Shown in pieces: positions 18,715 to 28,029 of a DNA stretch of 58,309 nucleotides. How positions within the stretch are numbered: the first letter of the stretch is position 1; each line of letters starts with the position of its first letter. The DNA comes from a bacterium (GTDB lineage Bacteria > Krumholzibacteriota > Krumholzibacteriia > LZORAL124-64-63). The notes under the pieces are model-generated. The model worked only from the letters and a program-made list of their open reading frames with translations, did not search any database and had not been told where the DNA came from. A program made the translations under genes and the position numbers. The stretch spans positions 1-58,309 of the forward strand of contig JANOEP010000032.1 in the NCBI GenBank assembly GCA_031441465.1. Reading direction: 5' to 3'.

Positions 18715-18737
18715 GTCCCGCCGTCGCGCGTCGGCAA

Positions 18738-18763
18738 GAGGGCGGCCCCCGCGGGCCGCCCTC
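18738..18763. terminator. Hairpin between convergent genes
   Basis: GAGGGCGGCCC-N4-GGGCCGCCCTC. Confidence 0.65.
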
Positions 18764-18788
18764 CTCTCGTTGTCCTTGGACCGGCCCG

Positions 18789-20300
18789 TCAGATGAACGA
18801 GGCGAGCTGTTCACGCCGGTAGGAGAGCGCCTCGACCACGTCGTCGCGATTCGCGAGGGACCGCCCGCCGAGCGCGGCCAGGGTGCGCGCGACACCGGCG
18901 CACCGCATCAACGAACGCACGGTCAACCCCAACGAACCGCCGGCCGTCTCCAGCATGGACGCCGCAGGGGCATCCATCAGGCTGCGCGCCTCCGCGAGCG
19001 AGACGGGCCGCGCCCGGGAACGGCCTGCCAGGCGCGCGTTGCCCGCCTCGGCTGCCGCGGCCGCCTGATCCCAGATCCGGCGCGGGTCCCCGACCCCGTC
19101 GCCGCGCAGGGGGTCCTCGGGCTCCTCCAGTTCGGCGAAGAGATCGATGCGGTCGAGCAAGGGTCCCGACAACCGGCTGCGGTGGGCCGACCGCAGGCGT
19201 TCCGAACAGAGGCACGGCCGTCTCCGGCTGCCGTACCAGCCGCAGCGGCAGGGGTTCATCGCCGCGAGGAGCTGGATGTCCGCCGGCCAGAACTTGACCC
19301 CGGCGCCGCGGGCGACGGCCACCCGCCCTTCCTCCAGCGGCTCTCGCAACGCATCCAGGACTCCGGGCATGAATTCCGACAACTCGTCCAGGAACAGGAT
19401 GCCGCGGTGCGCCAGCGTGACCTCGCCGGGTCGCAGCGACGCACCGCCACCGAGCAACCCCGCGCGGGTCGCGGTGTGGTGGGGAGTCCGGAACGGACGG
19501 TGCAGGTCCAGCCCCGGTGACGACAGCAGCCCGGCGGCCCCGTGGATGCGGGCGACCTCGAGCGATTCCGCCCTGGAAAGCGCGGGTTGCAAGGCCCCCA
19601 CGACGCGCGAGAGCTGCGTCTTGCCCGTGCCCGGCGGTCCCACCAGCAACAGGTCGTGGCGCCCCGCTGCGGCCAGGACGGCCAACCGGCGGGCTCGGGC
19701 GGGCGCACGGGCCAGGAACGCCAACAGGGATGGGGGCGGGGTCCGCTCAGACGATGGCGCCGGCGCAGGTGCGATCTTCTCGAGTCGCCCCCTCCCCGCG
19801 CGCCAATGCGCCACTTCGGCCAGCGTCCCCGCCGCCAGGATCGTCACGTCCGGCACCAGGGCCGCCTCCCAGGCCTGGTCGCGGGGAACGACGAACAGGC
19901 GTCGCCCCGCCGCGGTGGCCGCCGTCACGATCGCGAGCAATCCCCTGACCGGGCGCAGGGCCCCGTCCAGGGACAACTCCCCCAGCAGCACCGCCTCGCC
20001 GCGCGGGCCGGGGTCGGCGCGTTCCGTCACGCCGCAGACCCCCACCGCGATGGCCAGGTCCACAGACGGCCCCTTCTTTTCGACGTCCGCCGGCGCGAGG
20101 TTCACCACGACCCGGCCCTTGGGCCAGGCCAAACCGCTGTTGCGCAGGGCCGACAGGACGCGCTCCCGGCTTTCACGCACGGCGGTGGACGGCAAGCCGA
20201 CGAGTTGGAAGGAGGGCAGTCCACGCCCGGCATCCACCTCCACGACCACCTCGAACCCGTCGATGCCGTCGAGCGAACCACTGCGGATACGTTGGATCAT
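18789..20300 (-). CDS. comM: YifB/ComM Mg-chelatase-like AAA+ ATPase
   Basis: LVGLP..AVRESRERV, GPPGTGKT, RPFRTPHH, PGEVTLAHRGILFLDE, SGPLLDRID. Confidence 0.92.
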   Translation of the reverse strand: MIQRIRSGSLDGIDGFEVVVEVDAGRGLPSFQLVGLPSTAVRESRERVLSALRNSGLAWPKGRVVVNLAPADVEKKGPSVDLAIAVGVCGVTERADPGPRGEAVLLGELSLDGALRPVRGLLAIVTAATAAGRRLFVVPRDQAWEAALVPDVTILAAGTLAEVAHWRAGRGRLEKIAPAPAPSSERTPPPSLLAFLARAPARARRLAVLAAAGRHDLLLVGPPGTGKTQLSRVVGALQPALSRAESLEVARIHGAAGLLSSPGLDLHRPFRTPHHTATRAGLLGGGASLRPGEVTLAHRGILFLDELSEFMPGVLDALREPLEEGRVAVARGAGVKFWPADIQLLAAMNPCRCGWYGSRRRPCLCSERLRSAHRSRLSGPLLDRIDLFAELEEPEDPLRGDGVGDPRRIWDQAAAAAEAGNARLAGRSRARPVSLAEARSLMDAPAASMLETAGGSLGLTVRSLMRCAGVARTLAALGGRSLANRDDVVEALSYRREQLASFI

Positions 20301-20461
20301 GGCGCCCCCCCCCCCCGCTGCGCCCCAGCGAGAAGCGGGCCGGCGCGGCCGTGCGGCGCGGGCCGCCACGACAACCAAGGCGGGACGCGGCCGGAGGCGC
20401 CGGCGGCGGCGGGCTCACCGGACGGGACGGCGCCCACCACGGTCGACACCGGCAGGCAGAA

Positions 20462-20491
20462 GAAGAGCCCGGAGTTTCCCCCGGGCTCTTC
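20462..20491 (-). terminator. Intrinsic terminator after the secreted-protein pair
   Basis: GAAGAGCCCGG-N8-CCGGGCTCTTC with pyrimidine tail on the minus strand. Confidence 0.65.
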
Positions 20492-20527
20492 CCGCATCAT
20501 GCTTCGTGGACTCCGGGCAGGCCGGAT

Positions 20528-21235
20528 CTAACGGAACAGGCTCTTGACCTGTCCCCAGCTGGCGTCCTCGTTGGGCGTGGGGTCGTAAGGGAAGATGACC
20601 TTCACGCCGAAGAGGTGGTGGTAGCCGGCGGGGACCGTGAAGAACGGGAACCAGGGCTCGGCGATGCCGGTGCCGGCGAAGGTCCAGTCGATCAGAGGGT
20701 AGTCCATCCCGACCAGCGTGCCCAGCTCACTGCCGCCGTTCATGTCGCAGGTGCCGATGCCGGCGCCCGAGTACTGGCCGAACCCGAAGGGATCGTTCAG
20801 GTCCATCGTCCAACCGTTGTCCACGGCGGCCTGCAACAGCATCGTGCCGTCGGTGAACGTGGCCGGGGTCGCGTAGTTGGCCGCCGTGCCGCCGACGATG
20901 GCGTTCTGATAGATCCGCAGGACACCCCCGTTGAACACGTAGTTCTTCGTCTGGGCGGTCCCGTTGAACACGTAGCTGTCGACGACCATGCCGGTGATGG
21001 CCACGGTGTACTGGTTGTTGGCGAAATCCAAGGGGATCGGGGTGGGCATGCTGACCGGCGGATTGGCGATCCCGTAGACGGTCATCACGGCACCGACCTG
21101 GCCGGTGCCGGGTGCGTACTTCGCGTAGCCTTCGAAAGTGAACTCGACCTGCCCCAGAGCGGGGACGGCCGCGCACAGGGCCAAAGCCAGGATCAGCCCG
21201 ATCATCCGGCTCCGGGTCAACTGCATTTTCTTCAT
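20528..21235 (-). CDS. Secreted beta-rich protein with C-terminal SWGQVKSLFR motif
   Basis: Sec signal peptide (VPALG|Q), strong RBS, conserved C-terminal motif. Confidence 0.9.
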   Translation of the reverse strand: MKKMQLTRSRMIGLILALALCAAVPALGQVEFTFEGYAKYAPGTGQVGAVMTVYGIANPPVSMPTPIPLDFANNQYTVAITGMVVDSYVFNGTAQTKNYVFNGGVLRIYQNAIVGGTAANYATPATFTDGTMLLQAAVDNGWTMDLNDPFGFGQYSGAGIGTCDMNGGSELGTLVGMDYPLIDWTFAGTGIAEPWFPFFTVPAGYHHLFGVKVIFPYDPTPNEDASWGQVKSLFR

Positions 21236-21254
21236 GGCGCCCTCCTTCCGCTCG

Positions 21255-21950
21255 TTAACGGTACAAGTTCTTGACCCCGCCCCAAGACATGCTCTCGGTC
21301 GGGATCGTGCCGTCGTAGTAGATGTGGCCGTCGGTCTCCATGTCGTAGCCGTCGGGGATCGTGGCGTCGTTGAGCACGGTGCCCGCGAGCGTCAGACCGT
21401 TGGGATTCTGGAGTTCCTGGCCCAGCTCGGTGAAGTGGGTCCCGAGTTCGAACGTCAGCATCCCGACGTAGCTGCCGATGCCCGTAGTCGGGTTGTAGGT
21501 CAGCGAGAAGTTGCTGAAGACGCCGTGCAGGTACACGTCGCCGTCGCTGAAGGTGGCCATCGCCAGCGGGTCCGGGGGCGACACGCCGTAGTTCGGCAGC
21601 GTGTAACCGCCCGACAGGAACGCCTGCGCGTAGATGTCGATGGTGCCGCCAGTGTAGTAGATCCGGAAGCTGCCGTTGCCGAGATCCGCGGCCCCACCGG
21701 ACAACAGGTTGCCGATGACCCAGGTGTACTCGTAGTCAGCGGTGCTCCAGGTCAGCGGAGCGCTGATGTTGTCGACGAAGCCGACACCTGCCAGCACGTC
21801 GCCGGCGTTGCTCGGCGGGAAGCCGACCACGCCGGGATCGTTGTCCGACTCGAAGAGGTACCCGATGGTGTCCATGACATCGCTTTGGGCCCAGGCCGAC
21901 CCGGCGATGCACGCCAACACCAACACTCCCATCACCAACAGTTTCTTCAT
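21255..21950 (-). CDS. Secreted beta-rich protein with C-terminal SWGGVKNLYR motif (distant paralog of the adjacent gene)
   Basis: MKKLLV...AWA|Q signal; GGTIDIY and ATFSDG match GGVLRIY and ATFTDG of the neighbour. Confidence 0.9.
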   Translation of the reverse strand: MKKLLVMGVLVLACIAGSAWAQSDVMDTIGYLFESDNDPGVVGFPPSNAGDVLAGVGFVDNISAPLTWSTADYEYTWVIGNLLSGGAADLGNGSFRIYYTGGTIDIYAQAFLSGGYTLPNYGVSPPDPLAMATFSDGDVYLHGVFSNFSLTYNPTTGIGSYVGMLTFELGTHFTELGQELQNPNGLTLAGTVLNDATIPDGYDMETDGHIYYDGTIPTESMSWGGVKNLYR

Positions 21951-22213
21951 GGTGTCCCCCGATTCGTCTGCGGCTGCATGGTGCGGCCTTGATGATACGG
22001 ACGATCCTATTGGACTGCGCTCGATCAGTACGATCTCCCGGCGCCGTTCAGATTGAACGGCACCGTCGTACCGGGGCGTTGCGAGCACCGAATCATCGCG
22101 ACTCCGAGGAACCGCGACCCCTCCACTGTACAACCAACATCCTGCGGTATGCAATGACCGAATAGAAATAAATGCCGTCATCCCGCACATAATAATGACC
22201 ATTGTTCATAAAT

Positions 22214-22240
22214 ACGGAGACTCCGACAAGGAGTCTCCGT
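22214..22240 (-). terminator. Perfect 11-bp hairpin downstream of the histone gene
   Basis: ACGGAGACTCC-GACAA-GGAGTCTCCGT followed by an AT-rich tract on the minus strand. Confidence 0.6.
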
Positions 22241-22289
22241 GAAATCGGACTGAAATCGTGCCGTTGCAGTCCCTGGGGACTCCCGCCGG

Positions 22290-22451
22290 CTACAGATCCT
22301 GGGGCCGGACCGTCTTGCGGCCGTTGGCGATCGCACGCTGCTCGGCCTTCTTGATCAGTTCGTTGACCTTGGCGTCGAGGGCGTCGTAGAACTCGCCGGA
22401 AACGTTGCACTGCGTGACGGCTTCCTTCGTCTTGCTCTTGCTGATGATCAT
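22290..22451 (-). CDS. Bacterial histone-fold protein (DUF1931-like, 53 aa)
   Basis: MIISKSKTKEAVTQCNVSGEFYDALDAKVNELIKKAEQRAIANGRKTVRPQDL: long alpha2 helix, RKTV loop, RxTxxxxD clamp, truncated alpha3. Confidence 0.9.
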   Translation of the reverse strand: MIISKSKTKEAVTQCNVSGEFYDALDAKVNELIKKAEQRAIANGRKTVRPQDL

Positions 22452-22710
22452 GGTGGCCTCGATTCTCCTGAAGGGTGAAACCTCGGGCGACGGCGTCGCC
22501 CGGCGAAGGGATCGCATCGGGCAAGGTGGGATCTTGGCGAATCCGACCGGCGGTGTCAACGGGATTCGCCTCTCCGCATCCTCCGCGTCCAGGGCGGGAA
22601 GCGGCGGCATGGGGCGGGAACGCGGCACACAATGCCCTCGACAGTCGCGGGCGTCAAGGCTAAGTTTCGCCGACCAGCGCCGCCGCGACACGCACCCGCC
22701 AGGAGGAGCC

Positions 22711-24096
22711 ATGACCCCCGACAGCCGGCCCGCAGCGCGCCTCGACGAGTACCTGCGCGCCCACCGCGACCGCCACGTGTCGCAGCTCTGCGACTGGCTG
22801 CGCATCCCCAGCGTCAGTTCGCAGTCCGACCACGACGCGGACACGCGCCGCGCCGCGGCGTTCATCGCCGACGAGTTGCGCGGCCTCGGCCTGCACGTCG
22901 AGGTGATCGCCACCGGAGGCCATCCGCTGGTCTACGCCGAGACCGACCAGCGCGCCGACCGGCGCACCCTGCTCTTCTACGGCCACTACGACGTTCAGCC
23001 GACCGACCCCCTCGAGCAGTGGATCTCCCCCCCCTTCGAACCCGCGGTCCGCGACGGCATCATCTACGCGCGCGGCGCCAGCGACGACAAGGGGCAGCTC
23101 TACACCCACGTCAAGGCGTTGGAGGCCTGGCTCGCCACGGACGAACCGCTGCCGGTGAACGTGAAGTTCATCATCGAGGGCGAAGAGGAGTGCGGCGGCC
23201 CGGCCGTCTACCGTTATGTCGAACAGCACGCCGACAAGTTGGCCTGCGACGCGGTGGTGATCAGCGACACCAGCCTCTACGACGAGAAGACCCCGGCGAT
23301 CTGCTACAGCCTGCGCGGGCTGAGCTTCATGCAGATCGACGTCGCGGGCCCCCGCGCCGACCTCCACTCCGGCAGCTTCGGCGGCGTGGTGCAAAACCCC
23401 GGCAACGCCCTGGCGGCCATCGTCGCGGGTCTCAAGGACCGCGACGGCCGCGTGCTGATCCCCGGCTTCTACGACGCCGTGCGGGAACTCGACGATCAGG
23501 AGCGCCGCGCCTTCGCCTCACTGGGCTTCACCGACGAGGTCCTGCTGCGCGACACCGGCTCGCCGTCGCCCTGCGGCGAACGGGGCTACACCACGCTCGA
23601 GCGCATGTGGGCGCGCCCGACCTGCGACGTCAACGGCATGTGGAGCGGCTACCAGGGCGAGGGCGCCAAGACCATCATCCCGGCGCAAGCCGGCGCGAAG
23701 GTCAGCATGCGGCTGGTGCCCGACCAGGACCCCGCGGAGATCGCCCGTCTTTTCGAGCGGCACGTGAAATCGACCGCGCCCGAGGGCGTCGACGTCAAGG
23801 TCACCTACCTCCACGGCGCGGCGCCGGTGATGGTGCCGCGCGCATCGGCGATGATGAGCGCGGGTGCCCGCGCCATGGCCCGCGGCTTCGGCCGCGAACC
23901 CGTGTTCATCCGCGAGGGCGGCTCGATCCCCATCGTGGGAACATTCCAGGCGTGCCTGAAGTCGCCCGTGCTGCTGCTGGGCTACGGCCTGCCGAACGAC
24001 AACATCCACTCCCCGAACGAGAAGTTTCACCTCGAGAACTTCTTCAACGGCATCGCCACCACCGTGGCCCTGTTCAGCGAAGCCGCCGGGGCCTGA
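22711..24096 (+). CDS. M20-family dipeptidase
   Basis: YGHYDVQP, ARGASDDKGQ, EGEEE, DLHSG, GGSIP, HSPNE. Confidence 0.94.
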   Translation: MTPDSRPAARLDEYLRAHRDRHVSQLCDWLRIPSVSSQSDHDADTRRAAAFIADELRGLGLHVEVIATGGHPLVYAETDQRADRRTLLFYGHYDVQPTDPLEQWISPPFEPAVRDGIIYARGASDDKGQLYTHVKALEAWLATDEPLPVNVKFIIEGEEECGGPAVYRYVEQHADKLACDAVVISDTSLYDEKTPAICYSLRGLSFMQIDVAGPRADLHSGSFGGVVQNPGNALAAIVAGLKDRDGRVLIPGFYDAVRELDDQERRAFASLGFTDEVLLRDTGSPSPCGERGYTTLERMWARPTCDVNGMWSGYQGEGAKTIIPAQAGAKVSMRLVPDQDPAEIARLFERHVKSTAPEGVDVKVTYLHGAAPVMVPRASAMMSAGARAMARGFGREPVFIREGGSIPIVGTFQACLKSPVLLLGYGLPNDNIHSPNEKFHLENFFNGIATTVALFSEAAGA

Positions 24097-24112
24097 TCAC
24101 GCCCCCACGACG

Positions 24113-24142
24113 ACGGGGCGCCCCCGCGAGGGCGCCCCGTTT
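24113..24142 (+). terminator. Intrinsic terminator after the dipeptidase gene
   Basis: ACGGGGCGCCC-N6-GGGCGCCCCGT-TT. Confidence 0.65.
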
Positions 24143-24169
24143 GACAGTTCCGGGCCCAGCGTGTAGCTT
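24141..24169 (+). promoter_or_regulatory. sigma70 promoter of tRNA-Glu
   Basis: TTGACA-N17-TAGCTT. Confidence 0.75.
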
Positions 24170-24182
24170 TTGCGCCCCGGAC

Positions 24183-24257
24183 GTCCCCTTCGTCTAGTGG
24201 TTAGGACACCGCCCTTTCACGGCGGCAGCACGGGTTCGAGCCCCGTAGGGGACGCCA
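24183..24257 (+). tRNA. tRNA-Glu(TTC)
   Basis: Cloverleaf, loop CT TTC AC, CCA. Confidence 0.97.
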
Positions 24258-24265
24258 GCACCTCT

Positions 24266-24715
24266 TCAAGCGTTCGCGACCAGGATTCCCCCCAGCACCA
24301 CCAGCGCCGCCCCGGCGAGCAGTTTCGCCAGCTGGACGTCGCGCCACTCGGCGTAGACGACCAGGGCCAGCAGCACGACCACCAGCGTGTTCATGTTGTA
24401 CAGGGGCGCCAGTTTCGACAGGGGCGCGCCGAAGCGGGTCAAGGCGATCAGGACCAGGGCCATCCCCAGCCCCCAACTCACGCCCACGCCGCCGGCCAGC
24501 AGGCCCGCGCGCCACGACGAGGCGTTGTCGAAGCGGGCGACCACGAACGCGACCCCGACCAGCGCCACGCCCGCGCCGGTGCAGAGCAGGTAGGGTCCGA
24601 CGCCGGCGCCGGCGCGGCCGGCCGCCTTCTGCAGGATCCCCGTCACGCCGAACAGCAGGGCCGGCAGCAGGCCGCCGACCAGCAGGCCCTTCCAAGTTGG
24701 TGGCATGCCGTTCAT
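24266..24715 (-). CDS. Single-domain EamA/DMT-like membrane protein
   Basis: Five hydrophobic segments, SKLAPLYNMNTLVVV; overlaps upstream stop (ATGA). Confidence 0.75.
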   Translation of the reverse strand: MNGMPPTWKGLLVGGLLPALLFGVTGILQKAAGRAGAGVGPYLLCTGAGVALVGVAFVVARFDNASSWRAGLLAGGVGVSWGLGMALVLIALTRFGAPLSKLAPLYNMNTLVVVLLALVVYAEWRDVQLAKLLAGAALVVLGGILVANA

Positions 24716-26145
24716 CGCAGCAGGACGAGCTTCGTCGTGGCCGTCCCCGATGCCGAATCCAGCCGGGCCAGGTAGGATCCCGACGGCAACGCGCGTCCAT
24801 CGTCGTCGCGCCCGTCCCAGGTGAGGGCGTGCCGCCCGGCGGGCCGTTCCCCGTCGGCGAGCACCGCCGCCAACCGGCCGTCGAGGGCGTGGATCACGAT
24901 GCGCACGCGGGACGGGCGGTCCAGGGTGAAGCTGAGCGTCGTGCGCGGGTTGAACGGGTTGGGGCTGCACGCCAGGCTCATGGCCACCGCCGGCATCGAC
25001 CCCACGCCGGTGCCGCCCGCGCGTCGGGCGATCGCGATGCCGCTGCGGTAATCCTCCAGGGAATACCGGAAGGCCACGTCGCCGGCGGCGTTCACGCCGT
25101 GGCGTCCGAGTTCCAGCGAAGAGACCGTCGAGCCGAACAGCGAGTCCCCCCGCGCGATCACGCGATTCGCCACCGGGTCCGGTCCGTCGAAGATCCCCAT
25201 CGTCCAGTCGGTGAGGCTGGCTTGGAAGACGAGACGTCCCTGAACATCGAGGCCCAGCGCATAGAACGCATCGAACCCGGTCTGGTCGTTGTGCACCGCC
25301 ACGGTCGGCGGGCCGCCGTCGCCGGTGCAGATGCCCGCGACCCACTCGCTGAGCTGGACATGGTAGGCGACCAGGCCCGCGGCGTTGACCGCCAGGCCGT
25401 CCCGGTAGTCGTAGTAGCCCTCGCCGTTGCGCGAGGAGATGAGCGTCACGGAGGCGCCGTCGCAGCGCAGGATGCGCTGGTCGTTGTCGTCGTCGGAAGT
25501 GCGGACCGCGACACGACCGCCGGCCGCGACCGCGGCTTCGGTGGTGAAGCTGGCGACGGAACCGCCGTTGTCCATGACGGCCGACAGCGTCGGCGCCGAG
25601 CCGGCCCACAGCGTCTGCACCTGCGCGGCCCAATCCCAGGTGAACAGCGCGCAGGAGCCGTCGCCGGCCATGACCGGGTTGCACCAGTCCAGCCAGGGAC
25701 CCGTGCCGCCGAATTCCCCGGTCATCGCCGTGCGGGCGCCGTGGTCGTCGAGGTAGGCGACGCCGGTGTAGGTCCAGCTCACGGGATCGTAGGTGTAGGC
25801 GCGGAAGGCGACACGGCCCAGGTCGTCGAGCATCGGGTCGTTCACCAGACGGAAGGAACCGACGCCGTCGAAGCTGACGAACGGCGTGCTGTCGGCGATG
25901 GCCACCGTGTGCGGGCCGTTCGCGTCGAGGCGGACGATCGCCTGGTGACCGTCCAGCAGTTGCGTGCAGAAGACCGTTTCGCCCGCGGCGTTGATCGCCG
26001 GCGCGCTCCAATCGGCGTAGGGCGGCGAGGCCGGTGGCAGATCAGTGAAGATCCAGTCCGCGGCGACGGCCGGCAGGGTGAAGAAAACGATGGCGGCCGC
26101 AGCGGCGAGGCCGGCGCGGAGCGGCCGTGCAATCAGAGATGACAT
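24712..26145 (-). CDS. Secreted NxxGxxAF-repeat protein with C-terminal FlgD-Ig (T9SS-CTD-like) domain
   Basis: Signal peptide; repeats INAAGETVF, LDDLGRVAF, VNAAGLVAY, VNAAGDVAF; tail PNPFNPRT...WDGRDDDGRALPSGSYL...KLVLLR. Confidence 0.88.
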   Translation of the reverse strand: MSSLIARPLRAGLAAAAAIVFFTLPAVAADWIFTDLPPASPPYADWSAPAINAAGETVFCTQLLDGHQAIVRLDANGPHTVAIADSTPFVSFDGVGSFRLVNDPMLDDLGRVAFRAYTYDPVSWTYTGVAYLDDHGARTAMTGEFGGTGPWLDWCNPVMAGDGSCALFTWDWAAQVQTLWAGSAPTLSAVMDNGGSVASFTTEAAVAAGGRVAVRTSDDDNDQRILRCDGASVTLISSRNGEGYYDYRDGLAVNAAGLVAYHVQLSEWVAGICTGDGGPPTVAVHNDQTGFDAFYALGLDVQGRLVFQASLTDWTMGIFDGPDPVANRVIARGDSLFGSTVSSLELGRHGVNAAGDVAFRYSLEDYRSGIAIARRAGGTGVGSMPAVAMSLACSPNPFNPRTTLSFTLDRPSRVRIVIHALDGRLAAVLADGERPAGRHALTWDGRDDDGRALPSGSYLARLDSASGTATTKLVLLR

Positions 26146-26281
26146 GGTCTACCCCCCAGGATCCGGGTCGATCACCGTCGACCGGCGTCGACCGGCGCCG
26201 GCGTCACGGACGGTGCGTCTCGAACGGACACGGACAGGGCCGCCTCCCCCGGGGAGACGGCCCGCGAACAGGGCAAACGGT

Positions 26282-26917
26282 TCACCGGTACATGCTCTTG
26301 ACGGCGCTCCAGGTCGCGTCGTCGTTGGCGACGGCCTGGCAGTTGCTCGCGTGCACGCCCAGGAAGCCGAACGAGTCGACGGCGTTGCAGACCCACGACG
26401 GGGACGGCGTGAAGGCGTTGTTGGTCACGGTGTCGCCGCAGCAGACGTCGACGCCGCGCACTAGGGTGTGGTTGACCGTCGTGCAGGGTTCGAGACCCCA
26501 GAACGTTCCGGGATCGAAGCCCACCTGGCCGATGCAGTCGACGACCGCGCCGTTGAGCTTCAGGACAACCGCGTCGTCGCCGTTGAAGTTCACGACGCCG
26601 CCGTTGACCAGCAGATCCGACTGCGACGTGATCGGCGTGCCGGCGAGCGAGTGGCCGATGACGAACACGTCGCCGTTGTGCAGGGTGCCGCTGAGGGTCG
26701 CCGTCGAGGTCGGCGTCGTCGCGCCGTTGGCGTACAGCTCGACCGTCACCAGGGCCAGGTTCACGTCCGCTTCGGTGGCGTTGTAGATCTCCAGGGCCTT
26801 GTTGTTGCTGGTGCCCTCGATGTACTCGGAGAAGTAGAGGCAGGTGGATTGCGCGGCGGCCGCGCCGGCGAGGCCGAGCAGCAGGGCGGCGGTCAGGGCG
26901 ATCTTGAGCGAGCGCAT
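26282..26917 (-). CDS. Secreted lamin-tail-domain protein with C-terminal TWSAVKSMYR motif
   Basis: Signal peptide; YFSEYIEGTSNNKALEIYN and FNGDDAVVL (LTD as in ExeM-type N-termini). Confidence 0.9.
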   Translation of the reverse strand: MRSLKIALTAALLLGLAGAAAAQSTCLYFSEYIEGTSNNKALEIYNATEADVNLALVTVELYANGATTPTSTATLSGTLHNGDVFVIGHSLAGTPITSQSDLLVNGGVVNFNGDDAVVLKLNGAVVDCIGQVGFDPGTFWGLEPCTTVNHTLVRGVDVCCGDTVTNNAFTPSPSWVCNAVDSFGFLGVHASNCQAVANDDATWSAVKSMYR

Positions 26918-27072
26918 GGTGTGGTTCCTCCCGGGGGCGATGGGACGTTCGGGTTGGGGCGTGAGGGGGCCGGTCCGGGTGGGCCTTCCGCGCATCGTCC
27001 CGCAACCTCACGCTTCGTCAATTCTAGCAGACCGGGACCGGACGGGTTCGAAAAACCTGAAGCTCCGGTGTC

Positions 27073-27104
27073 AAAAAGAGGGCCGCCCGTGCGGGGCGGC
27101 CCTC
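27073..27104 (-). terminator. Intrinsic terminator
   Basis: GAGGGCCGCCC stem followed by T5 on the minus strand. Confidence 0.8.
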
Positions 27105-27125
27105 CGTCACACGCAGGACACGATC

Positions 27126-27818
27126 TTAGCGGTAGATCGCCTTGATCGAACTCCAGCTCTGGTCCTCGTTGCCGACGGCGAGGCAGTCGGCGTTGCGCGG
27201 CGAGCCGCTGTACAACGGAGCCGGCGTGCCGATCGTGAAGTCCGACAGGTTGCTGTCGGTATCGATCATGCCGCCGCCATTGCGAAAAGCGGCCAGGATG
27301 GTCGATAGCGCCGCCACATTCGTGCCCTCGGGGCAGTTGGCCGTGCCGTAGGAAACCTTGTCGACCAGCGTGCCTGGAATTTCCGAACCGCAAGCCACAC
27401 TGGCGTTGAGAGCGTTGAACAGACCGACCTTGCCGTTGGAGCCGCTCATGCTGCAATTCGTGCTCGTAAGATCGAAATAGGGCAGCGTGCCACCGGTCGT
27501 ACCCAGTGCACCCAGAGCGACCAGGAAATACGAGCAGGGGGGGATGAACGTGTCGGCGGGGATCGTGAAGTAGTTACCCGTCGAGCTGCCCCAGAGGCCG
27601 GTGGCCGAACCGTACTCGATCACCCAGTTGCCGATGTTCACGGTCGCGCCACTGGCGTTGAAGAGTTCGACGTAATCCTTGGTGTAGGTCGGTGTTCCAC
27701 TCGTGGCGCCGCCGCCGCCGTACACCTGGCTGATCCGCACATCGGGCGAAATGGCAAGGGCCGGAACGGCCAGCACGACAAGAGCGAGCACGAGCAAGTT
27801 CGTCAGCATCCGATTCAT
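27126..27818 (-). CDS. Secreted lamin-tail-domain protein with C-terminal SWSSIKAIYR motif
   Basis: Signal peptide; VRISQVYGGGG, DYVELFN, DTDSNLSDF. Confidence 0.9.
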   Translation of the reverse strand: MNRMLTNLLVLALVVLAVPALAISPDVRISQVYGGGGATSGTPTYTKDYVELFNASGATVNIGNWVIEYGSATGLWGSSTGNYFTIPADTFIPPCSYFLVALGALGTTGGTLPYFDLTSTNCSMSGSNGKVGLFNALNASVACGSEIPGTLVDKVSYGTANCPEGTNVAALSTILAAFRNGGGMIDTDSNLSDFTIGTPAPLYSGSPRNADCLAVGNEDQSWSSIKAIYR

Positions 27819-28029
27819 GGGGAGCCTCCTGGGCGTTTGTGGTGAACGGACGGGTTAGAACAGCACCGTCGACCCGTCCTGCAATTCCCCTTTGATGCGA
27901 TCTATTGTACCGCAGTCGGCGCCTTATGGAAAGTTAAAATTCAATGATCTCGTGCAATATTCACCTTTCTTGGCAGGTTCATCGGTATTTCCCATGGGCA
28001 TTCCCCGGCACGATGATATCTTGCCCGCC

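Noticed and set aside
24183..27818. Integrated mobile element at tRNA-Glu
   Set aside because: Accessory-looking genes follow the tRNA, but I found no integrase and no repeat of the tRNA 3' end.
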